From: Chiloscyllium plagiosum
Taxonomy: Eukaryota
NCBI RefSeq assembly: GCF_004010195.1
Contig: NC_057718.1
Span: 79,950,944-79,995,582 of the forward strand
Length of the DNA stretch: 44,639 nt
Direction of reading: 5' to 3'
Both the position numbers and the translations under genes were made by a program. The notes under the pieces were generated by a model, which had not been told where the DNA came from, did no database searches, and saw nothing but the letters and a program-made list of their open reading frames with translations. Positions 24,136 through 35,670 of this stretch are shown in pieces. Each line of letters begins with the position of its first letter. Within the stretch, counting starts at the first letter, position 1.

Positions 24136-24384
24136 CAGGTTGTTGTGAACAATGCAGACTACGACCAATATTACAAACTAGCTAGCAATTTACAGAAAGG
24201 AAAATACACTTGGCAAGTGTGAATAATCACACATCGTTAATTGATTCTTCGGTTGGATTTTTATAATGTCCAGTTGAAATTTACCATTTTTCAACATTGA
24301 ATTTTCTTTTTCCCTATTTCTCTTTTTTGGACCTGTGTTAACATTGAATTCACCTGCTCTAAATCACCATCCTCCTCAGTACTT

Positions 24385-24485
24385 TCAACAACTCGAAACA
24401 TCAACTCTGTGTTCTCTCCACTGATGTTGCCAGACCTGCTGAACTTCTCCAGCAACTTTATAATTAGCATTTGCAGCAGGTTTTA
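24385..24485 (+). repeat. PLE terminal fragment
   Basis: actcGAAACATcaactctg..ccactgatgttgccagacctgctga..tccagc. Confidence 0.6.
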
Positions 24486-24545
24486 ATTCCTCTAACCTTT
24501 CCTGGCTGACCAATGAGTTGGAATCCTCTGAAGTTTCCATTCCAA

Positions 24546-24850
24546 ATCATAGGATGCCAATAGGGCAGAAAGAGGCCATTTGGCCTCTTAAGTCTGCATC
24601 AATCCTCTAAAGATAGTCCCACCCAGACCTAGCTTCCCCCCCCCCCACCCCAGCCATCCATCCAACCTGTGCATTTTGGAGGAGTTTTGCATGGTCAGTC
24701 CACCTAACTTGCACATCTTTGAATTGTGGGAGTAAACTGGAGCACCCAGCAGAAATCCAGCAGACACAAGGAGAACATGCAAACTCCACACAGTCACCCA
24801 AGGTTGGGATTGAACCCAGGTCTCTGCTGCTGTGAGGCAGCTGTCCGAAC
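24546..24850 (-). mobile_element. HE1/V-SINE-like SINE
   Basis: Reverse complement shows ctgcctcacagc..gggttcaatccc..gtgtggagtttgcatgttctcc. Confidence 0.8.
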
Positions 24851-25036
24851 TACTGAATCAAGTCAGAGTTGAGGACTTTTACAAAAGCTCCAAATGCCAA
24901 GTAATTATCTATTGGAAGTTTCAACTTCATTTGCAACTCCCAGAAAGTGAGCTGACCTCGGGTCCCCATGTGATCCTGACATGCAACTCCAAGGCATGCT
25001 TCTGCAATGATCATTTGCCTATTGGAAGATAGAAAG

Positions 25037-25445
25037 ACTTACAAGGATATTGTGAGGGTTGGAGGGTTTGAGCTATAGGGTGAGGTTGAATAGGCTAGGG
25101 CTATTTTCCCTGGAGTGTTGGAGGCTGAGGGGTGACCTTATAGAGGTTTATAAAATCATGAGGGGCATGGATAGGAAAAATAGAAAGATATAAAAGAGAC
25201 CTCAGGGGCAACTTTTTCACGCAGAGAATTGTATGTGTATGAAATGAGCTGTCAGAGGAAGTGGTGAAGGCGAGTACAATTGCAACATGTAAAAGTCATC
25301 TGGATGGGTATGAGTAGGAAGGGTTTGGAGGGATATGGGCTGGGTGCTGGCAGGTTGCACTAGATTGGGTTGGGATATCTGGTTGGCATGGACGGGTTGG
25401 ACTAAAAGGTCTGTTTCCATGCTGTACATCTCTATGACTCTATAT
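25037..25445 (+). mobile_element. CR1 LINE 3' end with internal deletion
   Basis: LGLFSLE..RLRGDLIEVYKIMRGMDR; tail ctctatgactctat. Confidence 0.9.
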
Positions 25446-25623
25446 GATGCTGTCTGTTTTTGTCTTTTGCTGGCATTGATGTATTTGTAGTTGCAGTTTT
25501 ACAGCTAGCCTGTCGTTTAAAAAGAGTAAAAAGAAAATCAACATTCAGGAAAGGAATTGAGACTTTGTAGTTTAGTTGGTGCTGTGGAGATCAGCTCCTG
25601 AAGTGTGCAGCTTGTTTGCTTAC

Positions 25624-25676
25624 ACTGTTGAATTCTATTCTTTACTCCTGGGTTCTTGTTAATCACAGAATCAGAA
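25624..25676 (-). CDS. Candidate internal coding exon (53 nt): SDSVINKNPGVKNRIQQ
   Basis: Acceptor tcttgttcttaacctttcag, donor AGT/gtaagc; only one frame open (phase 2 to 1), compatible with 19777-19947. Confidence 0.5.
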
Positions 25677-25934
25677 CTGAAAGGTTAAGAACAAGACACA
25701 CGACCACACAGGTGCACAGCTGCATGTGACTGAATTTTATCTCTGCTGTGAAAGCTTAAATAATATCACACTAGACAGCACTGTAAAAACATAAAATATT
25801 ATAACCATTCATGTATGTGCATTTTTAAAAAAATGTGATTTTTAAGTATTCAAACAGAAGTAATTAATAGGCAAAGTAGTGGTGGAAACATTTTAATTAC
25901 TATGCAATATAGCTAAAAACAAATCATTTCTGAG

Positions 25935-26468
25935 CTGGATGTCTAGTCTTTGATTCTCTCATTCATTCCAGAGACTTAGGCACAATTTCTAAGTGAGCAA
26001 TACATTACTGATGAAATGCTGCACTGTCAGAGGAGTTGACTTTCAGCTGAGGTGTTACAAACGGATGCCTCCTGTGTTCTTACAGGTGGATATAAAAGAT
26101 TCCATGGTGCTGTTTGAAAGAAGTATTGGGGAATTCACATAGTTTTCCTGGCTAATATTTATTACTCAAAGGACATCACTAAATCAAAATATCTGGTCAT
26201 TAAAATAACAGAAAATGCAAGATATTCTCACCAGATCTGATGGTACCTACAGAGAGAAAAGATAAACATTTCAGCTGATACAAAGCATTTTCTGTTCCTA
26301 TTTCAGATTTCCAGTGTTATCTGGTAATTATCTTGCTGTGCTCAAACTGGCAATTGCATTTCCTACATTAAAATTATTACTGTAACTCAAAATTACTTAA
26401 CTAGCTGTAAAGCATTTGGGACATTGAGAATGATGACAAGCGCTTAATAAATGCAAAGTCTCTTTCTT
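25935..26468 (+). mobile_element. Deu-domain-like SINE (SacSINE1/AmnSINE1-like), interrupted by a PLE terminal piece at 26203-26317
   Basis: gctgcactgtcagagg..caggtggatataaaagattccatgg..cctggctaatattt; tail taaatgcaaagtctctttc. Insert flanked by tatctggt(c/a)atta at 26190-26202 and 26318-26330. Confidence 0.7.
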
Positions 26469-26979
26469 CCATTTGTCACTAGTTTCAAGACTGAAAAAGG
26501 CAATTATTTTGAGTGACAGGAGGTAGGAAGTTGTGTTCCATAAAGGTCATTGCTGGGATCACTGCTGTTCATAATCCTCTCATGACTGAAGTGTCTGATG
26601 CAAGACTGGCATTGATGTCCATAGAACTGGCAGTTATGTTGAAACATTTACAGCAGCACCAACTCTGGCCTTCCTCTAGACAAGCTGAATGTTGCTAAAT
26701 CGATGTAAATGGCCTTTGAAGCAGATTCAGCTAAATTTCAATGCTCACCCTATATGAGTTGGTGGGCTGCAAGGTCTGCAAGGGAGAAGGTTAGGTTTTT
26801 ATTTTTAGGATGTCCTTGTATCATTTGGATGGACAACCTGATGCCATTTGCCCTGAGACAGACCCCTACAGAACATCTTCCTAGGGGTTCTGTAGTCATC
26901 CATTGACATTCACACTTGGGGATATGGTAGATAAAATTTAATTTAAATCAATGAGTACAGTGAAATAGTGATCAGTCCA

Positions 26980-27300
26980 CTCATGTCAAAGTTGGCTGCT
27001 TTGTCCAGGGTGGTGTAAAGCTTCTTGAGTGTTGTTAGGTCTGCAATCATCCAAGCAAGTGGTATATTCCATCACATTCTGACTTCTGTCTTGTAGATAT
27101 TGGACAGACGAAGAGTCATCTGGACTGGAAATGTTAGCTTGCTTTCTCTCCATGGATGCTGCCTGACCCGCTGTGATCTCCAGCATTTTTTGTTTTCAGA
27201 GGGTGGGCAAGCATTGGGGAATCAATAGGTGAGTTACTCAATGTAGAATTCATAGCCTCTGACCTGCTCTTGTAGCCACAGTATTTATACAGCCGAAGGC
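26980..27300 (-). mobile_element. CR1-clade LINE fragment with a PLE terminal insert at 27105-27199
   Basis: Host matches 13445-13620. Insert cagacga-agagtc-atctg-gactg-GAAA-tgtt..gatgctgcctgacccgctg. Confidence 0.7.
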
Positions 27301-28689
27301 AATATTGAATGCACACCGTGTATATTTTTAAAAATTCAGTTGCAGAATGTGGGTGTCACTGGCTAGCAATGTTTAATGGGATGACAATGATATTTTGGAT
27401 GCAGACTTATGATTTGGAAGTGAGGGAAGAAACAGTAACTGAGGAAAGAAAGTCATGTACAAGAACAGCTACCACAGGCTAGAAAGTGATGCTGGGTGGG
27501 AATGGAGTTATAAGGGAACAAGAGAGTGACAAATTGATCTTAGATACAGCAGAAGAGGAGAAAGAGGAGAATGTAAAGCAGGACAGACACACAGATCTCG
27601 GGTGATAGGGGGGCCTGGGACAGGTTTGGTTTTTGTGGATAAGATAGAGCAATGCAGGAGAGGTAGTTGAATGGGTACCCTCAATCCTCACATCCGGGGA
27701 TTCGAACAAAATGGAAGTTACATAAATCTAGATAGTTCCCAGTTATCATTTATAATAAAACTATATTCCATATCTTTTCGTCTAACCCAGGAACTGTTTA
27801 AATGGGAGGTTGGGATTTCACATCTCACATTAGCAAGGAGAAAGCTGTCCAATGAAATAATCAATACCAATAAGAACTTGTTGGACCAGTTTTTTCCTTT
27901 GGATGAAATGTCCCTGTCAATTAATCACCTCAGCCAATCTAGTAACTAAAATTAACAATAACAATATTGATATCGACATCGATCTAACCACAATTCTAGT
28001 CAATTTCAACAAGGTGTCATTATTCTTCTCATGTAGGCTATGCATTATAGACTGTCATTATAAAACAACTACTTCACAGTCTCAGGCTACTTCTCTTTCA
28101 AAGCTCAACCAATGGTTTGAACAATGGCTTTGATCTACCCTTTTGATAGAATATGATGCCTTGTCATTTCAAATGTCAACTTCATTTGCAGCTCTTCCCA
28201 AGGGAATTATGAATAAGTGGAAATATTCTCTCCTGCAATAGTTATTAGAACTGAAATTTAAACTGCTGCAGATACTGGAAATCTGAATGAAAACAGAAAA
28301 ATGTTGAAACTGAGTTAATGTTTCAGATTTGTGACATTTCATTCGGCTGGAAAAAGTTGGAAATTTAAAGAATTAAGAGAAATGGTAGAAAAAGAAAAAA
28401 GGTGAATACTGTGTTAGGGTGGAAGACAGGAGAGATTAAATGACATAAATGTCTTATTTCATTTCAATGTAATTTCATAAATGACAATGGTGTAAGGTCA
28501 AAGGGAGTGTAAATGGGACAAGTAAACAAAAGATGTGTCTTGAAAGGAAGAAGGTAGGTTATCTGCTGACTGAAAGCAAAGGAAATAAGGCAGAAGAAAA
28601 GAGGAAAAGAATCAAATTCGATCAGATTGGAAACAAATTGGAGTAGAGGTAATGATTGAAAAGCATTGAATTCAAACATTGAGCCTGGA

Positions 28690-28890
28690 GGGGGCATCAG
28701 TTAGCTCAGTTGGGTGAATGACTAGTTTGTAATGTAGAATGATGCCAACAGCAGAGTTTCAATTATCATAACATCTGAGGTACCATGAAGGTCTCACCTT
28801 CTCAATCTTGCCCCTTGCCTGAGGTATGGTGACCCTCTGGTTAAACTTGTCACCAATCATCTTTATCTACTGACAGAGAACTCTGAGGTA
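28690..28890 (+). mobile_element. tRNA-headed SINE, third family
   Basis: gttagctcagttgg A-box-like head, then ccatgaaggtctcaccttctcaa..cctgaggtatggtgaccct. Confidence 0.55.
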
Positions 28891-29012
28891 ATGTTTCAGG
28901 TTGATGATCTTTTATCTGAGCCAAAACATGGTAGAGAATTAAAATAACATGTGACTGGAAACATGTCACACAAAACAGCCAGCTAGTCAACGTTTCACCT
29001 TCCAAATGAAGA

Positions 29013-29311
29013 GGATGGTGGCTCAGTGGTTAGCACTGCTGCCTCAGAGCAATAGTGACCCGGGTTCAATTCCAGCCTCAGGTGACGATCTGTGTGGAGT
29101 TTGCGTGTTCTTCCTGTGTCTGTGTGGGTTTCCTCCCACAATCCAAAGATGTGCATGTTAGATGCATTGGCCATGGGAAATTGCCCATTGTGTCAAAAGA
29201 TAGATGGATTGGCCATTGGAAATGTGGAGATACAGGGATAGGGTGGGAGTCCAGGTGGGATGCTCTTCAGTGGCCCAAATGATATCTCTCCACACTGTAG
29301 GGATTCTATGA
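29013..29311 (+). mobile_element. HE1/V-SINE-like SINE, first of a tandem pair
   Basis: ggtggctcagtggttagcactgc..gggttcaattcc; tail cacactgtagggattctatga. Confidence 0.85.
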
Positions 29312-29315
29312 TTTT

Positions 29316-29634
29316 GGGGTGGCACGGTGGCTCAGTGGTTAGCACTGCAACCACACAGTGCCAGGGACCCGGGTTCAATTCCAGCCTCAGGTGACTGTCT
29401 GTATGGAGTTTGCATGTTCTTCCCGCGTCTGCGTGGGTTTCCTTTGGATGCTCTGGTTTCCTCCCATTGTCCAAAGATGTGCAAGTTAGGTGAATTGGCC
29501 ATGCAAAATTGCCCATGGTGTTAGGTGCTTTAGTCAGAGGGAAATGGGTCTGGGTGGGTTACTCTTTGGAGGGTTGGTGTGGACTTGTTGGGCCAAAGGG
29601 CCTGTTTCCACACTGTAGGGAATCTAATCTAATC
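29316..29634 (+). mobile_element. HE1/V-SINE-like SINE, full length, second of the pair
   Basis: gggtggcacggtggctcagtggttagc head, central domain, tail cacactgtagggaatctaatctaatc. Confidence 0.9.
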
Positions 29635-29702
29635 AGGAGGCCATCATGATCACTAAAGCAAGATATTAAATTGTAAGATATAAATGTAAATTGCTATTTC
29701 AC

Positions 29703-29802
29703 CTGGAAGGAGAGATTTGAGTCTTGGTAAGTGAGAAGGGGGCATGTAAAATGGTAAGTATTTGTTTTTTTTTAAGTGTTTTAGCATCATATTACAATAG
29801 GA
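29703..29802 (-). CDS. Candidate coding exon (100 nt): SYCNMMLKHLKKNKYLPFYMPPSHLPRLKSLLP
   Basis: Acceptor tttccatattttttgcag, donor CAG/gtgaaa, single open frame (phase 0 to 1). Fits 19777-19947 directly but not 25624-25676. Confidence 0.4.
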
Positions 29803-30557
29803 CTGCAAAAAATATGGAAATAGACACCTCATTGTCCTGCACATTGAACTGTACACATGTCATGGCACCAATGATTTTACTCCCACAACTTCAGCAAACT
29901 CTGACTTTAAACTAGTTTTATTCTCGTATTACCTCCTCTGTACTCTTCACTTATCGTAAAGATTAGCCATGCTGACCTAGCATGTAACCTTGTACAACTT
30001 TGCAGTTTATTGTATAAAGTGTAAAGCTCTAAAAGGTTTAATGCTAAGGAGTGCCTCAAACACAATATGATAATTTTGCATTGAATTGGGCGTGGAACAG
30101 CTTTGGGTCTCAAAGAAGTAAGATCTAACATTGAGGTATCAGATGTTACAGACCTCTGACATCTGTGTCAGATGTCTGTGTGGCAATGTCTCAGTAACAA
30201 TGGGGTGTGAACAACATATGTTATGGTGGGATATGTAGCAGAGTTGTGTGAGAAATCCAGCAAGTCCTTTCTCAACATCAGCAGCTCTCACTGCACCTTT
30301 TATGCATCAGTCGAGTAGTAAGGCAAGTTTCTTAATAAATAGCAGTAGTTTACAATTAAGCAGTTTATAGCTGGTTCAATGCCTCATTATTGCCACAACT
30401 TGCCTCATTAATATTCAACTTCCCATCTTTCTAAGCAAACCAAACAAGCTAGACAGCGAGAATTCTCAACATGGAAGTAGGAATAGAAACCTGGTGACTT
30501 CGGCTAGCTACTTGCTCGAAAGAACTTCCACATTGGATACTAGGCATCAAGATGTCA

Positions 30558-30805
30558 GGACTTCTTCAGCCAGACAGTGGTGAATCTATGGAATTCACTG
30601 TCACAGAAGGCTGTGGGGGCCAGATCACTCAGTGTATTTAAGATGGAGATAGATAGGTTCTTGATTGTAAAGGGGATCAAGGGTTATGGAGCGAAAGCAG
30701 GAGAGATGGTGTTGAGAAACTCATCAGACATGATTGAATGGCAGAGCAGACTCAATGGGCTGAATGGCCTAATTTATGCTCCTTTGTCTTATGGTTTGTC
30801 CTATG
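30558..30805 (+). mobile_element. CR1 LINE 3' end
   Basis: VVNLWNSLSQKAV..SLSVFKMEIDRFL; tail tcttatggtttgtcctatgg. Confidence 0.85.
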
Positions 30806-32818
30806 GCCACAACCCATACTCACCCCTCATCCACAAAAACTGGCACCAGTAATGCCAGCCTCCAAGAAACCCCAAGACTCATTTTCAATCCCTTCTGCAT
30901 TTCAAAGCTGTGCCTTGGATTGCATTAGCAACTCTCACTGTGATGCTGCTGCAAAAACATTGTGTACTCAAGAACATATACTCAGCTTATGAGCTAGATC
31001 GGGCTGCAAGTCCAGCTTGTTTTTTGCTATCATAGCGCTCATTCACTTGTACCTACCTGGATACTTATTGCGTCCCTGTGTTGCATTTCTTTGCCGTGCC
31101 TTTTTGTGCTTTGCCCCCTCAGGCAGAGATACCAGACGGAAGTACTATATTGTGTTAAAAATGTAAAATTGAGCCTAACGTCTGTCATATCAATGTAACT
31201 TGTGCCTAGTTACTATCATGCACTAAACTACATCTTGTTTAAGACAAGAAGATTCTTCTTATTAAACTACCATATGATTTTCATGCACAATCCTAAATCA
31301 AGCAAATTTTCTAGATCCCGACTAAGAAAGTAATGGTGACAGCAAATTTACTAGTCAGATACTACATCATGATGAACTGTGGTGAGGATTCATTTTACAA
31401 TATGATGGCAAAGCTGAAGAGTCTATTTAGCTGTACTTTGCGAGGCACTGGTAGCTATGGTGATGTGAAGATTCTTCAGACACAACCGTAAGAGACTGCT
31501 GGAGCTGATAGTCAGCAGCTGGAAGAGCTTAGCATTTGAAATGGATGCATGGACAAGGTTCTACATAGAAGAAACAGTAAAAAGCATTTCAGACCTGGGA
31601 GGAGATGCACAGCAGTGAATGTTGAGCTAGGGATATTTGCCATACCAGATAGAGTAATAGAATCATAGAAATGTACGGCACGGAAATAAGCCCTTCAGTC
31701 CAACTCGTCCATGCTAACCAGATATCCCAACCCAATCTAGTCCCACCTGCCAGCATCCGGCCCATATCCTTCCAAACCCTTCCTGTTCATATGCCCATCC
31801 ATATGCCTATTCAGATGCCTTTTAAATGTTGCAATTGTATTGGCCTCCCCTACTTCCTCTACAGTTCATTCCATACACGTACCACGCTCTGCGTGAAAAC
31901 ATAGCCCCTGAGCTCTCTTTTATATCTTACCCCTCTCACCCTAAACCTATGCTCTCTAGTTCTGGACTTCCCCACCCCAGGGAAAAACGTCTATTTACCC
32001 TATCCATGCTCTGCATAATTTTATAAACTTCTATAAGGTCACACCTCAACCTCCAACGCTCCAGGGAAAACAGCCCCACTCTATTCAACCTCTCCCTATA
32101 GCTCAAATCCTCTAACCCTGGTAACATCCTTGTAAATCTTTTTTGAACCCTTTCAAGTTTCGCAACATCCTTCCAATAGGATTGCACGCAATATTCCAAA
32201 AGTGGCCTAACCAATGTCCTGTACAGCTGCAACAAGACCTCCCAACTCCTGTACCCAATACTCTGACAAATAAAGGAAAGCATACCAAATGCCTTCTTCA
32301 CTATCTTAACTATCTATTGACTCCACTTTCAAGGAGCTATGAACCTACACTCCAAGGTCTTTTTGTTAGCAACACTCCCTAGGAGTGTATACGTCCTGAT
32401 AAGATCTGCTTTCTCAAAATGCAGCACCTCACATTTATCTAAATTAAACACCATCTCCACCCCTCAGCCCACTGGCTCATCTGATCAAGATCCCATTATA
32501 ATCTGAGGTAACCTTCTTCACTGTCCACTGCATCTCCGATTTTGGTATCATTTGCAAACTTACTAACTATACCTCTTCATGCTCACAACTAAATAATTTA
32601 TATAAATAATGAAAAGTAGTGCAACAATCCTTGTGACACTCCACTGGTCACAGGCCTCCAGTCTGAAAAAAAACTCTCCACTGCCACCCTCTCTCTTCTA
32701 CCTTCGAGACAATTCTGTATCCAAATGGCTAGTTGTCCTTGTATTCCGTGAGACCTAACCTTTCTAACCAGTCTCCCATGGGGAACCTTGTTGAATGCCT
32801 TACTGAAATTTATATAGA

Positions 32819-32994
32819 TAACGCGTTGCTGGAAAAGCGCAGCAGGTCAGGCAGCATTCAAGGAATCCTGAAGAAGGGCTTATGCCCGAAACGTCGATTC
32901 TCCTGTTCCTTGGATGCTGCCTGACCTGCTGCGCTTTTCTAGCAACACATTTTCAGCTCTGATCTCCAGCATCTGCAGCCCTCACTTTCTCTCT
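32819..32994 (+). mobile_element. Fold-back PLE-terminal mini-insertion, about 10-bp TSD
   Basis: 41-bp inverted arms 32825-32865 / 32906-32946 (2 mismatches). Flanks tttatataga 32809-32818 and ttcatataga 32995-33004. Same family as 13217-13432. Confidence 0.85.
32863..32900 (+). ncRNA. Intact minimal type I hammerhead ribozyme motif
   Basis: GAATC-CTGAAGA-A-GGGC-TTAT-GCCC-GAAA-CGTC-GATTC: 5-bp stem I, 4-bp stem II, palindromic ACGT in place of stem III. Predicted cleavage after C32895. Confidence 0.75.
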
Positions 32995-33889
32995 TTCATA
33001 TAGACCACGTCTATTTAATCACTTAATCAAAAAACTCAGTCGTATTTGTGAGACATGATTTCCCATGCACAAAGCCATGTTGACTATCCCTAATCAGTCC
33101 TTGCCTTTTCAAATATGTGCAAATTCTGTCCCTCAGGATTCCCTCCAATAACTTGCCCACCACCGACATCAGGCTCACCAGTCTATAGTTTCCTAGCTTG
33201 TTCTTACCACTTTTCTTAAATAGTGGCACCACAATAACCAACCTCCAGTCTTCCAGCATCTCACCTGTGACTATCAATGATATAAATATCTCAGCAAGGG
33301 GCCCAGCAATCACTTCCCTAGCTTCCCACAGAGTTCTCGGATACACAGTAATAGACTGCATCAGATGCCAATCAGGAGCAGTCCTAAATTGAGATTCAGC
33401 CAGACAGCGAATGATCGCGGAGATTATGTGAGTGAAGTTGAAATGCCTAGGTGACAAGGAGGAGCTTCAAAAACAAAAGATAGTTTACTTTGGAAAGTTA
33501 TAAGTTGGTGAAGTATTCGCAGTCCAGATCAAGCATTGCCACCATAGAAAGTGAGCACATGAGGCAAGGCTGTAATATGGGAAATCAAGGGCCACATACC
33601 GGTAAAACCACAATTAAAGTGATAAACTGATAATTAGAAGCATAAGAAGATAAACTCTAATGGAACAATAAAGTTGAGATCCTGTTGAGGCTGCAGAAAA
33701 ACATTTATTCAAACCACAGGCAGTGGTATTATTTCAGGGGAAAAAACAACTGCCCTGGAGATTATTGCTGGAATGCTAACAGCAGAAATCATTTGGGGAT
33801 ATCAGTTATATCAGATATCTGCCAATGATGATGGTGATATAGTAGGCTTGTCCACCCTTATATGCTTTTCATTTTCTTTTCTTTATTTA

Positions 33890-34540
33890 TCAATAGCACT
33901 TGCCTCCACTACCCTCTCAGGCAGCATGTTCCATGCTTCGACCATCCTCTGGGTGAAAAGATGTTCCTCAGATCTCCTCTAAACCACTTGCTCCTCACCT
34001 TAAACCTATGCCCTCTGATCCTAGACATGCCTGCCATGGGAAAGAGATTGTCATATTCTACTCTGTCTATGCTTCTCATAATTTTGAATACCTCAATCTG
34101 ATCCCTCCTCAGACTCAAGGAAAATAAATCCAGTACATTCAGTCCCTCCTCATAACTGAGACCTTTCATCCCAGGCAACATCCTGGTGTATCTCCTCTGC
34201 AACCTCACGGTGCAATCATATCCTTGTGATAGCGTGATAACTGGGACTGCACACAGTATTCCACTTGTGGCTGAGTTGATATTTTATGAAGTTGTCACAA
34301 GACTTCCTTGCTCCAATATTCTACAGCCTGGCTAATGAAAGCAAGCATCCCACATGCCTTTTTCATTGCCTTGTCTAACTGTACTGACATCTTCAGGGAT
34401 GTATGGACTTGTACACCAAGGTTCCTTTGTACCTCAGAACTCTCGAGGAATCTACCATTCATTGTGTATATTCTTCCCTTATTCGACCTCCCAAAATGAA
34501 TTAACTGGCATTTATCAAGGTTAAATTCCACTTATCATTG
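33890..34540 (-). mobile_element. Older CR1 LINE fragment
   Basis: ORFs 34295-34531 (MEFNLDKCQLIHFGRSN) and 33909-34208 (QRRYTRMLPGMKGLSYEE). Confidence 0.85.
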
Positions 34541-34639
34541 GTTGGCAAATTTGCAAGACCAACTAAGGATTGGGAATAAATGCTGGCCAAGCTAGCGGTG
34601 CCCACATCTGTGAATCATTTTAAAAAATACTTTCTGAAT

Positions 34640-35320
34640 ACGTATGCTTGCTTTCAGTGGCTTATGAACAAGGACACCTAGATTTCTTTGAAAATAACAC
34701 TTTCCAATCTCTCACCATTTGTTCCTCCCATCAAACTGAACATCTTCATATGTGTCCACATTATACTCCGTCTGCCCTGTATTTGCCTATTTTCAGTTTG
34801 TCTGAATTGCCTTGAAGCCTCGATGCATTTTCCTCACAATACACACTTTTACTAAGTTTTGTATCATCTGTAAATTTGGAAAAATTACAACCCTGTCTTC
34901 GTTGAATCCTATTTTTGCGCCTGACATGCAATGTCACAGGAAATTGATACATATGAAAATTGTTTAAATACTCCCAAAAATGGAAACAAATTTTGAAAAT
35001 GTTATTTTATGTGAGAACGTAAGAAATAGGAAGAGTAATTATTCATTCCTTCAAACCTACTTGACAAAATCACGGTTGGCCTTCAACCTCAATTCCACTT
35101 TCTTGCACAATTTCCAAACCTCTTAATTTCCTTGGAACGCTAAAAATCTATCGACCCATATTTTGAACATGCCAAATGACTGAGCATCCGTAGCTCACTG
35201 GGTAGAGAATTACAAACAGTCAAAAATATTTTAAGTCATTAATTTCTTCATTCTTAAACCTGAATGACTGATCCCTATTCTCAGTCTGTAACCTTGTGTT
35301 CTCTTTTGTAACCAGGATAT
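34640..35320 (-). mobile_element. Two heavily decayed CR1 fragments (about 34640-34890 and 35015-35320)
   Basis: SKFTDDTKL in ORF 34761-34952; CR1 3' UTR pattern aagaaatagga..ctcaattccactttc. Confidence 0.6.
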
Positions 35321-35397
35321 ACTTTGTTATCTTTACCAGATGATAGGTTCAAATTTACATGGTTATAGTGTTTAATGCCTGTTTCAGGTATTCCTCA

Positions 35398-35670
35398 AAG
35401 GAGGTGATGGGCTAGTGGTATTATTGCTGGGCTATTAATCCAGCGATCCAGATGGTGTTCTGGTGTTCCAGGTTCAAATCCCATCTCAGCAAATGGCAGA
35501 ATTTGAACTCAGACAACTCATATGTGGAATTAATCATCTAATGAAGACCTTTAATCGATTGTTGGAAGGAAACTACCATATTTACCTAGTCTGACTTACA
35601 TGAGACTCCAGAGCCACCAGGAATGTGGCTGACTCTTAAACTGCTTTCTCGGCCATCCCATAAATGAATA
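35398..35670 (+). mobile_element. tRNA-headed SINE (same family as 5355-5730 and 9068-9425)
   Basis: ctagtggtattatt..ggttcaaatccc..acatgagactccagagccac..gtggctgactcttaa. Confidence 0.7.

Larger units (their letters stand above)
31648..33345 (-). mobile_element. CR1 LINE 3' ~1.5 kb, interrupted by a PLE hairpin
   Basis: ORFs 33023-33457 (GNYRLVSLMSVVGKLLE, QHGFVHGKSCLTN) and 31936-32301; tail ctatgattctattactctat. Confidence 0.92.

Noticed and set aside
26749..26775. 27-nt minus-strand micro-exon with good splice sites
   Set aside because: Too short to assess; has a stop in phase 1 and does not resolve the phase mismatch.
27868..27913. 46-nt minus-strand exon that would bridge 29703-29802 and 25624-25676 in phase
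   Set aside because: Weak acceptor, and the plus strand resembles an ancient CR1 remnant (LARRKL..FFP). Worth rechecking only with RNA-seq.
29013..29400. tRNA genes at SINE heads (also 11533, 18160, 28690, 35398)
   Set aside because: A/B-box-like motifs run into SINE bodies, with no intact cloverleaf.
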